64,000 nt of DNA from Gemmatimonadota bacterium (GCA_039589295.1 JBDHHR010000004.1:26554-90553); one strand, 5' to 3'; shown: positions 50,499 through 60,811, counted from the stretch's first letter. Made by a program: numbers and translations. The notes: a model not told the origin generated them from the sequence alone.

Positions 50499-51287
50499 CT
50501 ACTCTTCTTCCTCCGCCCGTGGCAGGGCTCGTGAGAAACTCACGGCACCAAGGCAATCGAAACCAGCTGCGCTCAGCACATCGGCGCAGGCCGCGGCCGT
50601 GGAACCCGTGGTCAGCACATCATCGACCACCAGGCAGCCGAGGCTCCGGGCGGATCCGGAACCGGCTTCCATAGCATCCCGACCGCAAATGGACTTGCTC
50701 ACAGCGTACAGCTCTCGGACCCGGCGCTCTCTCTCACGCCGTCGGAGAGAGACCTGCGCGGGCCCCATACGCCGCCGCAGGAGCAGTTCCCTGACCGGCC
50801 AGCCGGTGGCGGTGGACAGCCCTCTCGCGAGAAGAAGCGCATGATTGAAGCCTCTCTCCCGCAGGCGGGCCGGCGCCAGCGGAACCGGTACAAGGACGAC
50901 GTGCCGGCCCTCCGTAACTCGGCGCGCCGCGTTGCTCATGGCACTGCCCATCAGCGAGCCCAGCGCGGTCCAGCCTCTGTACTTCAGGCCGTGCACCAGA
51001 TCGGCGGCGGGGGGTGCGTGGCGGAAAGGGGCCGCTGCCCGGTGAAGAACCCGAGGCCAAGTCTCGCACTCGGGACAGAGTCCCGCGGAGGCGAAGTCGC
51101 CGAAGCGTGTGGCACCGCAACGCGGACACCAGGGCGGGTTGACGGCCGGAAGACGGCTCCTGCAAACGCCGCACAGGGGAGGCAGTTCGCCGGCCACCGC
51201 GGCACCACATACGGCGCAGCCGGCCGGTATGACCACGTCGAGGAGCTCGGTTGCTCTCCCCATGGCAGCCCTGGCGAGTGCCTTCAA
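50499..51287 (-). CDS. ComF family protein (double Zn ribbon + PRTase)
   Basis: CAVC/CGVC/CPRC/CPEC, LKYRG, RERGFNH, VVDDVLTTGST. Confidence 0.9.
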   Translation of the reverse strand: MKALARAAMGRATELLDVVIPAGCAVCGAAVAGELPPLCGVCRSRLPAVNPPWCPRCGATRFGDFASAGLCPECETWPRVLHRAAAPFRHAPPAADLVHGLKYRGWTALGSLMGSAMSNAARRVTEGRHVVLVPVPLAPARLRERGFNHALLLARGLSTATGWPVRELLLRRRMGPAQVSLRRRERERRVRELYAVSKSICGRDAMEAGSGSARSLGCLVVDDVLTTGSTAAACADVLSAAGFDCLGAVSFSRALPRAEEEE

Positions 51288-52186
51288 CTGCGCTTCGCCT
51301 GCAGGGACCGCTCGGCCGCCGCCCGCATTACGGTGGCCAGGCCGACCGGAATGCCCAGGGTGGGAAACCACCTGCGGACCGCCAGTAGTGCCTGGTGCAC
51401 CAGAGCGGACAGCCCGTCCCGGGCGGGAATGCCGAGGCCGGCGGCGTGCCTGGTCCAGGCGGTGCCGCCGGCGCCATAGACGAGGTCAATGACATGGTGC
51501 ACCCGCTTTCCGCCCAGCTTCAGGGGAAGTCGGTCGTCCGGGGAGAGGCCCAGGCTGGTGGCGTTCACAGCGAGATCGTATACGACGGAGTCACCCACGG
51601 CACCCAGCACGCGCATCACCGTAGAGCCTCCGTCTACTTCAGCCGCCAGGCGGAGGGCCTCCGCCTCAGTCCGGTTCAGCACGTCGATCGCGGCGGCCCC
51701 TGCCATGACACAGCCAACCGCCACCGCTCGCGCGGCCCCGCCAGCTCCCAGCAGCAGGACCCGCGATCCGAGGAGATCCAGGCCGGGCAGTTCCGCCGCC
51801 GCAGCCAGGAATCCTTGAACGTCGGTATTGTCGCCGCTCAACCTGCCGGCCTCGTCCTGCCAGAAGCAGTTGCACGCGCCAGAGCTCGCCACGACCTCCG
51901 TCCAGCAGTCCAGCGCCAGCGCGGCATCCTCCTTGTGCGGGAGCGTAACGTTCCCCCCGCCGCTGGCGGCGAGCCGTCGCATGGCGGGCTCCAGCCCCTC
52001 GGGAGCTTCCGCGGGAACCGGCACGGTGACGTACCTAGCCGCCAGTCCCAGCACGGGGAATGCGGCCCGGTAGATATCCGGTGACACGGAGTGAGCTACC
52101 GGATCGCCGATCAGCCCAAAGAGTGATCGTTCAGCCTTCGCGCCCGCCGGCGGCAGGCGCGAAGCTCCGGATCCGCCATCACTCAT
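51284..52186 (-). CDS. aroE: Shikimate dehydrogenase
   Basis: GDPVAHSVSP, GNVTLPHK, GDNTD, GAGGAARA, NATSLG, DLVY. Confidence 0.93.
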   Translation of the reverse strand: MSDGGSGASRLPPAGAKAERSLFGLIGDPVAHSVSPDIYRAAFPVLGLAARYVTVPVPAEAPEGLEPAMRRLAASGGGNVTLPHKEDAALALDCWTEVVASSGACNCFWQDEAGRLSGDNTDVQGFLAAAAELPGLDLLGSRVLLLGAGGAARAVAVGCVMAGAAAIDVLNRTEAEALRLAAEVDGGSTVMRVLGAVGDSVVYDLAVNATSLGLSPDDRLPLKLGGKRVHHVIDLVYGAGGTAWTRHAAGLGIPARDGLSALVHQALLAVRRWFPTLGIPVGLATVMRAAAERSLQAKRS

Positions 52187-52673
52187 TGTTGCATCCCATG
52201 CCCGGGGCGGGCGAGTCATGAAACCGGTCGAAGAGTCCTCTCACGCACTCGGAGAGAATGTCCGCCGTCTTCTCGTACTCCGCCTCGGTGCCGCCCATAG
52301 GGTCGGGCACTCCGAGAGATGCGGACGCGTGCTCGGATGGAAGGTAGTCCGTGGACAGGCTGGCCCTCGCTTCGGGGACGAGGAAGCGAACGGCGTCCAG
52401 GTGGGCCTGCGTCATGCAGACGACTAAGTCAGCCGCGGTAACCAGCTCGGCAGTGAGCGGCCGCGAGCGGTGCCCGCTCAGATCCAGTCCACGGCGTCGA
52501 GCGACCCTGACCGCCAAGCCTGACGCCGGATCGCCGTCGGCGGCAAAGGTCCCGGCCGAGGCGGCCTCCACGTCCCGGCACTCTCTCGACCGCCCCTCCG
52601 AACGCGCCAGAGCCTCGGCCAGCGGGCTCCGACAAGTGTTCCCGGTACACACGAACAACAGTCTTCGGATCAC
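52179..52673 (-). CDS. Low molecular weight protein arginine/tyrosine phosphatase
   Basis: FVCTGNTCRSP P-loop, SAGT, VPDP. Confidence 0.93.
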   Translation of the reverse strand: MIRRLLFVCTGNTCRSPLAEALARSEGRSRECRDVEAASAGTFAADGDPASGLAVRVARRRGLDLSGHRSRPLTAELVTAADLVVCMTQAHLDAVRFLVPEARASLSTDYLPSEHASASLGVPDPMGGTEAEYEKTADILSECVRGLFDRFHDSPAPGMGCNNE

Positions 52674-53356
52674 GCGCGCAGGCTCTCACCAAGGCAGGCC
52701 TCGATTTCCGCAGCACCGATCGCTCCCTCCCGGACGACCCTGACATCGCCGCTCCGGAGAGACACCAGAGTCGACGCCGGTGGCCCCTGCAGCGGTCCGG
52801 CAGCCAGGAAGGTTATCGGCAGATCAGTGTTCGGGAAGCCCTCCAGCGTCTGGCGCGCCTCTCGCGGGCTAACTGCCGGCGGCGACCCGGACGGGTTGAG
52901 ACTCGTGGAGCTGAGGGAGCCATCCCAGCGGCTGAGTATGGCACGTAATAGAGGATGTGACTCCGCCCTGACCGCCAGTCCGTGCAGCGAACCGTCGTCG
53001 ATGATCAGAGTCAGCGGCCCCGGCCAGAACACCGCCGCCAGGCGCTCGCATTCTCGCGGCCAGCGTGCGCCCGGGAACAGGCGCGGGACAGCGACCGCGT
53101 CGGGCACCAGGCGAAGCAGCGGTTGATCCGCCGGCCGGCGTTTCAGCGCGCCTATCGCCACGTCGGCCCTCTTCGTGGACGGCCCGCCGATGCCGTACAC
53201 CGTGCTTGTCGGGTGGGCGAGCAGGCCACCCGCCTCCAGGGCCGCGACCCCGGCCAACGCCGCCTCCGCCACGGCACCGCCCAAGGCGGGAACCTCCCTA
53301 TATCGCGCCACCGCTCGGATCCGGGCTGTCTTCCATTCGCACGCGTCCCGTGGCAA
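52670..53356 (-). CDS. TsaC/Sua5/YrdC family threonylcarbamoyl-AMP synthase (start uncertain, possibly later)
   Basis: HPTSTVYG, LKRRP, FWPGPLTLI, STSLNPSG, STLV...REGAI. Confidence 0.85.
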   Translation of the reverse strand: MPRDACEWKTARIRAVARYREVPALGGAVAEAALAGVAALEAGGLLAHPTSTVYGIGGPSTKRADVAIGALKRRPADQPLLRLVPDAVAVPRLFPGARWPRECERLAAVFWPGPLTLIIDDGSLHGLAVRAESHPLLRAILSRWDGSLSSTSLNPSGSPPAVSPREARQTLEGFPNTDLPITFLAAGPLQGPPASTLVSLRSGDVRVVREGAIGAAEIEACLGESLRA

Positions 53357-54011
53357 CCATCCACTCGGCCAACGCGAAATCGGCCGGCGTGGTGATCTTC
53401 AAATTGTTCGGGTCCCCCTCGACAGCCTGCACCGGCAGCCCCCGGCGCTCGCACAGGAATGCGTCGTCAGGAGCACCCACTCCCTCCTCCCCGGCCGATC
53501 CATGAAGCTCTCGAATCAGGTCGGCTGGGAATGCCTGCGGTGTCTGTGCGCAGCGAAGGCGGTCACGGTCAACCGTCCCCACGATAAGGCCGTCCACCGC
53601 AATTTCCTTCACCGTATCCGGCACCGGCAGCACCGGTATGGCGGCCATGTCAGTCGCCGCCCTGAGTACACGCCCGGTCAGAGCGGCGCTCACGAACGGC
53701 CTGGCGGCGTCGTGTACCAGAATGCAGCGCACATCTGAGACAACTGCCTCGATCCCCCGAGAGACCGACTCCCTACGGGTGGCACCGCCCGGGACGACTC
53801 GGGTCGCTCCGGCGGCGAGCCACTCCGGCACACGCTCCGCTACCTCCGGCGGCACGACCACTACCAGCTCACTGACTTGCCTGTGAGCTCGCAAGGCTCG
53901 GCAACTCCACAGCAGCAGCGGCTTTCCTCCCAGGAGTCGAAACTGCTTCGGCGGGCCTTTCCCCAGTCGCGTCCCCCGGCCTCCGGCAACGATTACGGCC
54001 GCGGCGCTCAT
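53298..54011 (-). CDS. ispD: 2-C-methyl-D-erythritol 4-phosphate cytidylyltransferase
   Basis: AGGRGTRLG...KQF, GGATRRES, VHDAARP, AQTPQAF, NLKITTPAD. Confidence 0.95.
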   Translation of the reverse strand: MSAAAVIVAGGRGTRLGKGPPKQFRLLGGKPLLLWSCRALRAHRQVSELVVVVPPEVAERVPEWLAAGATRVVPGGATRRESVSRGIEAVVSDVRCILVHDAARPFVSAALTGRVLRAATDMAAIPVLPVPDTVKEIAVDGLIVGTVDRDRLRCAQTPQAFPADLIRELHGSAGEEGVGAPDDAFLCERRGLPVQAVEGDPNNLKITTPADFALAEWMVATGRVRMEDSPDPSGGAI

Positions 54012-55372
54012 GGAGCTTCCAGCATCTCGACTACTTCTCGCACGTGCCCGACAAAGGCGGTGCCCGGCAAGGACCGCAGGCCGCTCTTCATGACTGCCGG
54101 CAGGATGATCGTGCTCATGCCGGCACGCGCTGCAGTCCTCGTCCGCGCCTCAGCATGCGCCACACCTCGCAACTCCCCGCCCAGGCCCACCTCGCCCACG
54201 AACGCCGTCCCTTCGGGAAGCGGAAGGTCGCGACCGGCCGAAGCCAGTGCAGCAATCACTGCGAGATCGGCTGCAGGATCGGTCAGTCGGAGACCTCCCA
54301 CCACGCTCACGAACACATCCGTGTCGCCGAGGCTGAGTCCTGCACGCCGCTCCAGAACCGCCAGCAGGATGGCCAGGCGTCGTGGCTGAAGGCCCGTGGT
54401 GATGCGCTGCGGCGACGAGAACCGCGCGTGGGCTGACAGCGCCTGTACCTCTGCCACCAGGGGCCTGGTGCCGTGCATGGGGACCGCCAGCGCAGAGCCG
54501 CTCACTCCCTCCGGACGGTCCGAGAGAAACAACGCCGACGTATCGTCCAGGGGTTGCAGGCCCCTGTCGGTCATTCGGAACGCCGCCAGTTCGTCGACGC
54601 TGCCGAAGCGGTTCTTCGACCCTCGCAGCAATCGATGCTCTGCCGATCTCTGTCCCTCGAAGTGCAGGACAACGTCCACCAGATGCTCCAGAGTGCGGGG
54701 ACCCGCCAACAACCCGCCCTTCGTAACATGACCGACGAAGAAGGCTGCCACGCCGGCCGCCTTGGCGTAGGCCTGCAGCAGGGACGCACACTCCCGTACC
54801 TGAGCAACTCCCCCGGCCGACGACGAAAGGCGATCGCTCCAGATTGCCTGGATCGAGTCCACGCACAACACCTGTGGCTGCACTTGTTCGGCGACGTGCA
54901 GGATATCTCCCACCCGGGTGGTTGGCAGGAAGGTGACTTCCCGAGCGGCCTCGCCGAGGCGTTCCGCCCGCATGCTCACCTGCTCCCGCGACTCCTCACC
55001 GGACACGTACAGGACGCTCCGCCCCGCCTGCTGGAGGCGCGCCACCAGCTGCAGGAGCAACGTCGACTTGCCGATCCCGGGCACCCCGCCAAGCAGAAGC
55101 AGGGACCCCGGAACTAGCCCGCCGCCGAGAACGCGATCGACCTCGCCGAATCGCGTACGTAGTCTCGCGCCGGGTTGTGGCTCGATCAGAGCCAGGGATT
55201 CCGGTACGGCCGCTCCGGCTCCTTGTCCAGGCCTACTCCGTCGGTGAACGGCACCCAGGTCAGGCGCCTCGACGAGCGAGTTCCACTCGCCGCACGTCGG
55301 ACACTTCCCCTCCCAGCGGAGGCTCTCTGTCCCGCACTCGCGGCAGAAGTACACCGTCTTCGTTCTCGTCAT
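54008..55372 (-). CDS. radA: DNA repair protein RadA/Sms
   Basis: CRECG...CPTC, GIGKSTLLL, GHVTK, KNRFG, GEVGLGGE. Confidence 0.97.
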   Translation of the reverse strand: MTRTKTVYFCRECGTESLRWEGKCPTCGEWNSLVEAPDLGAVHRRSRPGQGAGAAVPESLALIEPQPGARLRTRFGEVDRVLGGGLVPGSLLLLGGVPGIGKSTLLLQLVARLQQAGRSVLYVSGEESREQVSMRAERLGEAAREVTFLPTTRVGDILHVAEQVQPQVLCVDSIQAIWSDRLSSSAGGVAQVRECASLLQAYAKAAGVAAFFVGHVTKGGLLAGPRTLEHLVDVVLHFEGQRSAEHRLLRGSKNRFGSVDELAAFRMTDRGLQPLDDTSALFLSDRPEGVSGSALAVPMHGTRPLVAEVQALSAHARFSSPQRITTGLQPRRLAILLAVLERRAGLSLGDTDVFVSVVGGLRLTDPAADLAVIAALASAGRDLPLPEGTAFVGEVGLGGELRGVAHAEARTRTAARAGMSTIILPAVMKSGLRSLPGTAFVGHVREVVEMLEAP

Positions 55373-55488
55373 ACGCCGGATCGCCGGTGAGGAGCGGCTG
55401 TTGAAATGGTGGCCAGTTGGCAGGCTGTCACGCCGCGTTCATCCGACCGTCAAACGAACTCGCGGCGCACTCGGCAGCTCCGTCCCGG

Positions 55489-56892
55489 TCAGGGCATCTC
55501 CTTCTGCACAGCCACCGATTCGAACAGCGTGTAGCGTTTGTGGAAGTAGAGCGGTACGACTCCGGTCGGGCCGTTCCGCTGCTTGCCGATGATCAGCTCT
55601 GCCTTCCCCTCTATCGATTCCCCTCCCTCATCGACTCTCTCCTCTTCCTTCTTGCGATATACCTCCTCACGGAAGATGAACAGAACGAGGTCTGCATCCT
55701 GCTCGATCGCGCCTGACTCCCTCAGGTCAGCCAGAACCGGGCGTCTGTCCGTCCGCTGCTCGGGCGCCCGTGAGAGCTGCGAGAGTGCAACAACGGGCAA
55801 CTCCAGTTCCTTGGCCACTGCCTTGAGGGCTCTGGAGATGGCGCTGATCTCCTGCTGCCGGTTCTCAACATTCCTGGGACCCGTCATCAACTGCATGTAG
55901 TCGACGATGACCATTCCCAGGTTCACCTCGGCCGCCAGGCGACGCGCCTTCGCCCGAATCTCCAGCGCGGTGATGGCCGGCGAGTCGTCGATCCAGACCG
56001 GCGCCGTGTTCAGATGACCCGCGGCCGTGGCCAGCCGTGCGTACTCGTCATCCTGCAGCCGACCACGTCGGAGTCTCCCGGAGTCCACCCTTCCTTCCGC
56101 GCACAGGAGCCGCTGCACCAGCGACTCCTTCGACATCTCGAGGGAGAAGATCGCCACCGGTACCTCGTTATCGATCGCCGCGTGCTGCGCGATGTTCATG
56201 GCCAGCGCCGTCTTCCCCATTGATGGCCGGCCCGCCACAACTACCAGATCCGACTTCTGGAAGCCCGCAGTGAGGTTGTCGAGGTCATGAAAGCCACTCG
56301 GAACGCCCGTCAGGGATCCTGGGCTTCGCTGAAGCTCTTCGATGCGTTCGAAGGTGGGCCACAGGATCTCCTTTATCCATACGAATCCCTGCCGCTGTGA
56401 CGCCTGGGCGATCTGGAAGATCCTCTGTTCCGCAAGATCGAGGGTGTCGTCCACTTCACCAGCCGGGGCTCCGTAAGCGTCCTGAATGATCTCCGTGGAG
56501 GCCTCTATCAGTTGACGCAGGACCGCCTTGTCCTTGAGGATTCGGCAGTGGTACTCGATGTTCGCCGCCGTGGGGACTGCATCCACCAGCTGCGCCAGGT
56601 AGGGCATGCCTCCGGCCCCCTCGAGCTCACCGGCCGACTTCAGCTCATCCGACAGCGTTACAACGTCGATGACCTCGCCCCTCGAGTACAGGCGGATCAT
56701 GGCCCGGTAGATCCGTCGGTTCGCTTCACGGTAGAAAGCTCCGTCGTCGACCATCTCGACGGCCCTCGCCACCGCGTCCCCATCGATTAGCATGGCGGCG
56801 ATCACAGAGATCTCGGCCTCCTCCGACCACGGCGGCTGGCGACCGGAAACGGTAGTTCTGTCGGGGAGCAGGGCTGACATTTCGGCCATCAT
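55489..56892 (-). CDS. dnaB: Replicative DNA helicase
   Basis: GRPSMGKT, FSLEM, VDYMQLM, LSQLSR, DLRESGAIEQDAD, KQRNGP; no intein. Confidence 0.98.
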   Translation of the reverse strand: MMAEMSALLPDRTTVSGRQPPWSEEAEISVIAAMLIDGDAVARAVEMVDDGAFYREANRRIYRAMIRLYSRGEVIDVVTLSDELKSAGELEGAGGMPYLAQLVDAVPTAANIEYHCRILKDKAVLRQLIEASTEIIQDAYGAPAGEVDDTLDLAEQRIFQIAQASQRQGFVWIKEILWPTFERIEELQRSPGSLTGVPSGFHDLDNLTAGFQKSDLVVVAGRPSMGKTALAMNIAQHAAIDNEVPVAIFSLEMSKESLVQRLLCAEGRVDSGRLRRGRLQDDEYARLATAAGHLNTAPVWIDDSPAITALEIRAKARRLAAEVNLGMVIVDYMQLMTGPRNVENRQQEISAISRALKAVAKELELPVVALSQLSRAPEQRTDRRPVLADLRESGAIEQDADLVLFIFREEVYRKKEEERVDEGGESIEGKAELIIGKQRNGPTGVVPLYFHKRYTLFESVAVQKEMP

Positions 56893-57803
56893 TGGTCACT
56901 CAGACTCAGCTGGAGGTTCGGATCGGACCCGGCGGCGGCTGTAGCGGGAGCCGGAGCCCCGGGGGAGGCGGGAGTCGTCTGCTCCCCGTCCGCGACGCGC
57001 CTGACCAGTTGCAGGTCCTCCCAGGTCGGGCGCGTCCAGACCGGATTCCGGAGCAGCGCCGCCGGATGGTATGTAACGACCAGCGGATATCCCCGGTACA
57101 GATGGACTCTCCCGCGAAGGCGCCCCAGCGAGGCGCGCGAGCCCAGCAGGGTCTGCGCGGCGAACGTCCCGAAGGCGACGATTACTCCAGGACGCACCAG
57201 CTCCACCTGCCGAAGAAGGAAAGGTGAGCAGCTCTCGATCTCATCCTGCAGCGGATTCCGATTCCCCGGTGGGCGGCACTTGAGCACGTTGCAAATGAAG
57301 ACCTCGTGGCGCGGGAGCCCGACGCTCAGCAGGAGGCGGTCCATGAGCTTGCCCGCCGGGCCTACAAAGGGAAGCCCCGTCGCGTCCTCGCGTTGTCCGG
57401 GCGCTTCTCCGACGCACAGGACCCGGGCGTTCGGAGAGCCATCGGCGAAGACGACGTTCGTCCGCGTGCGATGCAGGGCGCAGCGCCGGCACCCGGACGC
57501 CACCGCTCGCAGAGCGGTCAGGTCAGGCAAGGCCAGTATCTCCTCAGCCGTTCCCTGCTTCGAGAGACGCAGCAGCTCGGGATCCGACTGTGGCGGTTCC
57601 GAAACCCGTCGTTCTTGCCCACCGCCCCCCACATCGCCGCGTTCCGGGACCGGGGTCGCGGGCGTCTGGCGTCCAGCGGCAGCCAGTTTCCGTGCCAACT
57701 CGAGGGTGGGTCGACGGGCGCCGGCCGGGAGGAACACTTCCGGGTCTCCGAGCCCGTCACGAAAACGGAGGTGCCGCCGCAAGAGGTCTCCGGCGTCAGT
57801 CAC
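56889..57803 (-). CDS. Uracil-DNA glycosylase family 4
   Basis: CRRCAL, GEAPG, PFVGPAG, KCRPP, TYHPAALLR. Confidence 0.93.
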   Translation of the reverse strand: MTDAGDLLRRHLRFRDGLGDPEVFLPAGARRPTLELARKLAAAGRQTPATPVPERGDVGGGGQERRVSEPPQSDPELLRLSKQGTAEEILALPDLTALRAVASGCRRCALHRTRTNVVFADGSPNARVLCVGEAPGQREDATGLPFVGPAGKLMDRLLLSVGLPRHEVFICNVLKCRPPGNRNPLQDEIESCSPFLLRQVELVRPGVIVAFGTFAAQTLLGSRASLGRLRGRVHLYRGYPLVVTYHPAALLRNPVWTRPTWEDLQLVRRVADGEQTTPASPGAPAPATAAAGSDPNLQLSLSDQ

Positions 57804-58995
57804 GAAGCCTGTCTTCCAATCGATCCAGAATGCGGTCCGCCACTTCTTCCTTCGACATGAGGGGGAGCTCCTCCACCGTTCCGGAGCCGTCTATCAGAGT
57901 GACCTGGTTGGTGGGGACGTCAAAGCCGGAGTCCGGCCGGCCTGCTTCGTTGAGCGCGACGAGATCCATCCCTTTCGCTTCCAGCTTCAGGCGGGCGTTC
58001 TCCAGGGCGGCATCCGTCTCCAGCGCGAAGCCGAGGGTCAGAATGCCACGCTCCTGTCGCAGGGTGAGGGTCTCCTCCAGCAGGTCCGGTCCCGACTCGA
58101 GCCGCAGCTCGAGCCCGCCCCCCCCAAGTTTCTTGATCTTGCTGGTCGCGAGCTCGGCCGCTCGGAAATCAGATACGGCAGCAGCCATCAGAAGCACCGA
58201 CGCGGTTGGCAGCTCGCTCATGAGTGCGTCGAGCATGTCGCAGCTGCGCTCGGCTCGGACGATGCGAGGACCGTGCGGAGGCTCGACCGACGACGGCCCC
58301 GCAATGAGCACCACCTCGGCGCCGCGGCGCCAGGCGGATGAGGCGAGAGCGAATCCCATGCGTCCGGACGAGCGGTTGCCAATGTAGCGCACCGGGTCCA
58401 GGGGTTCTCTGGTCGGCCCGGCAGTCACCACGACCTTGCGGCCCGCAAGAGGCGAAGGGGCCTCCAGAAGACGTGCCGCCGCCGCCAGGATCGCCTCCGG
58501 CTCGACCATGCGGCCTACACCCAGCTCCCCCTCGGCGAGTTCCCCATGCTCGGGACCTAGTATATGCACGCCCCACCCCCGCAGTCGGTCGACGTTCGAC
58601 TGCGTCGCCGGGTTTTCCCACATCCGAACATTCATGGCAGGGCAGACGAGGATCGGGCAAGCCGCCGCCAGCAGACTCGACGTCGCCAGATCGTCCGCCA
58701 GACCCCCGGCCATGCGGGCCAGGAGGTTGGCCGTGGCAGGCGCGACGACGGCCAGATCCGCCTCGAGCCCCAGTTCTATGTGTGCCAGCGGGCGCTCCCA
58801 CAGATCACAGTGAACCGGTCGCCCGGCCAACGCCTCGAAGGTGGCCGACCCCACCAACTTCTGGGCAGCGGCAGTCATCACGACGTCAACCAGGGCCCCA
58901 CAACCTCTCAGCCGCCGCAGGAGGATCGCGCTCTTGTATGCGGCGATCCCACCCGACACCACCAGCAGGACCCGGCGTTCGTCGAAAGGTCGCAC
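57796..58995 (-). CDS. coaBC: Phosphopantothenoylcysteine decarboxylase/synthase
   Basis: SGGIAAYK, APATAN, PAMN, TAGPTREPLDPVRYIGNRSSGRMG, GFALET. Confidence 0.96.
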   Translation of the reverse strand: MRPFDERRVLLVVSGGIAAYKSAILLRRLRGCGALVDVVMTAAAQKLVGSATFEALAGRPVHCDLWERPLAHIELGLEADLAVVAPATANLLARMAGGLADDLATSSLLAAACPILVCPAMNVRMWENPATQSNVDRLRGWGVHILGPEHGELAEGELGVGRMVEPEAILAAAARLLEAPSPLAGRKVVVTAGPTREPLDPVRYIGNRSSGRMGFALASSAWRRGAEVVLIAGPSSVEPPHGPRIVRAERSCDMLDALMSELPTASVLLMAAAVSDFRAAELATSKIKKLGGGGLELRLESGPDLLEETLTLRQERGILTLGFALETDAALENARLKLEAKGMDLVALNEAGRPDSGFDVPTNQVTLIDGSGTVEELPLMSKEEVADRILDRLEDRLRD

Positions 58996-59210
58996 TACTG
59001 CATCGTCGCTGTGCGCATCTTGACCAGGCGATATTCGAGCTGGCCGGACGACAGGGCCGACAGGGCCATCGTGGTCAGCTTCTCCGCACTGTAAGGGGAA
59101 CGCTCGAGCGGCAGGGCGTTCAGCTCCCGCGCGTACTTCGCCGCGACCAGTACGCCCAGGTACTTGTCCGAAGCATGCGGTGCCAGGTCCTCAGGTGCGA
59201 ATACCTTCAT
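58995..59210 (-). CDS. rpoZ: RNA polymerase omega subunit
   Basis: KYLGVLVAAKYARELN; gmk-rpoZ-coaBC synteny. Confidence 0.88.
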   Translation of the reverse strand: MKVFAPEDLAPHASDKYLGVLVAAKYARELNALPLERSPYSAEKLTTMALSALSSGQLEYRLVKMRTATMQ

Positions 59211-59893
59211 CTCTTTACCTTCTCCATACGTGATGCCGGCTCCGCCAGCAGCCGGTTCAATGATTCGCTCAGGCCCCGGGCCTGCTCTTCCAACGCCGCG
59301 TCGGGGCGCCCTACCCTGCTCTTCTCGGCCGAAATGATGGCCTCGACCGAATTCACGGTGTCTTCCAGGACGTCGTTCACGACCACGTAACCGAACTCGG
59401 GCACGGCCGCGAGCTCGGACTGAGCGGTTCGCATACGGCGGCGAGTCGCCTCCGCATCCTCACTCCCCCTCCCCCGCAACCTCTCCAGCAGGCGTTCCAG
59501 GCTAGGGGGCAGCATGAAGACGGTGACCACCTCCGGTACCACTTTGCGGAGCTGTCTCACCCCCTGCACGTCGATATCCAGCAGGAGGTGCTCGTCCGCC
59601 AACCGGGCTTGTCGGAGGTTCTCGCCGGGCGTGCCGTACAGCTCGCCGTGCACCTCGGCCCATTCCAGAAACTCTCCGGCCGTGACCAGCTCCTCGAAGC
59701 GTTCTCGAGACAGGAACCGGTAATCGACTCCGTCTCGCTCACCGGGGCGCGGGGTCCTTGTGGTTGCCGACACCGAGAACAGCATGTCGTCTCGACGCTC
59801 CAGCAGTTCCTGTCGGACACTCGTCTTACCGCCCCCCGACGGTCCGGCCAGAACCAGGGGAAACGACCGCCCCGAGCGCCCGCTCTCCTTCAC
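59207..59893 (-). CDS. gmk: Guanylate kinase
   Basis: GPSGGGKT, SVSATTRTPRPGERDGVDY, LLDIDVQG. Confidence 0.96.
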   Translation of the reverse strand: MKESGRSGRSFPLVLAGPSGGGKTSVRQELLERRDDMLFSVSATTRTPRPGERDGVDYRFLSRERFEELVTAGEFLEWAEVHGELYGTPGENLRQARLADEHLLLDIDVQGVRQLRKVVPEVVTVFMLPPSLERLLERLRGRGSEDAEATRRRMRTAQSELAAVPEFGYVVVNDVLEDTVNSVEAIISAEKSRVGRPDAALEEQARGLSESLNRLLAEPASRMEKVKR

Positions 59894-59897
59894 CCCG

Positions 59898-60800
59898 CTA
59901 CTCCACGTTCTCGATCTGCTCGCGCAACGACTCGAGCTCGTTCTTGGCCTCAACGATGTAGCGGGATATCTCCGTGTCGTTGGCCTTCGAGCCTATGGTG
60001 TTGATCTCGCGCAGTAGCTCCTGTCCCAAGAATCCCAGTCGTTTACCAACCGGCTCCACGTCCGGTCCGGCCAGCAACTCGCCGAACGCCTCCACATGCG
60101 AGCGTGCCCGTACCAACTCCTCCGAGATGTCCCAGCGATCCGCCAGGATCGCGATTTCCCTGGCCAGCCGGTCCTCGTCTACATCTACTCCGTCCGCTAG
60201 TTCCGCGACCGAGCGGCGAAGCCTGTCCCGTTCCTCGAGCAGCCTCGCGGGAGCCCGTTCTTGCACCGCATCAAGGTGACGGCCTAGCGCCCCCAACCTC
60301 CCCTGTATATCCGTCGCCAGTCGCTGGCCCTCACGCTGCCGCATCTCGACGAGCTGGGCCGCCGCCCTTTCGACCACCTGAACGAGCGTCTCGACTGCCA
60401 CCGACTCGAGAGGGTCGGGCGACTCCTCCACCATGAGACGATCACAGTGACCGATCAGCCCCATATCGATCTCACCGGGCAGATCGTGCCGCTCCTTGAG
60501 CGTCCGAAGAGCCTTCAGATAAGCCTCCACGCGATCGCCGTCCAGCCGGTACGAGGAGCCGCTCCCGGCGGAGCCGGCCGCCTCGGGCGGCGCCTCGAAC
60601 CGCACTGTCACGTCCACGTGCCCCCGCCGAATGTTCCTGGTCACGGCTTCCCGCAGCGGCTCTTCCCATCGCTCGGTGCCGGTCGGAATCCTGAGATTCT
60701 GCTTCAGATGCCTCGAGTTCACCGAGCGCAGTTCAACGCTCAGCGTTCCCGCCCCGCCTGCGTGGGAGGCGGCCCCGAACCCCGTCATGCTGCGTATCAT
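59898..60800 (-). CDS. YicC/YloC family endoribonuclease
   Basis: MIRSMTGFG, RSVNSR, DISEELVR, GKRLGF...REINTIGSKAND, REQIENVE. Confidence 0.95.
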   Translation of the reverse strand: MIRSMTGFGAASHAGGAGTLSVELRSVNSRHLKQNLRIPTGTERWEEPLREAVTRNIRRGHVDVTVRFEAPPEAAGSAGSGSSYRLDGDRVEAYLKALRTLKERHDLPGEIDMGLIGHCDRLMVEESPDPLESVAVETLVQVVERAAAQLVEMRQREGQRLATDIQGRLGALGRHLDAVQERAPARLLEERDRLRRSVAELADGVDVDEDRLAREIAILADRWDISEELVRARSHVEAFGELLAGPDVEPVGKRLGFLGQELLREINTIGSKANDTEISRYIVEAKNELESLREQIENVE

Positions 60801-60811
60801 AGAGAATATGT

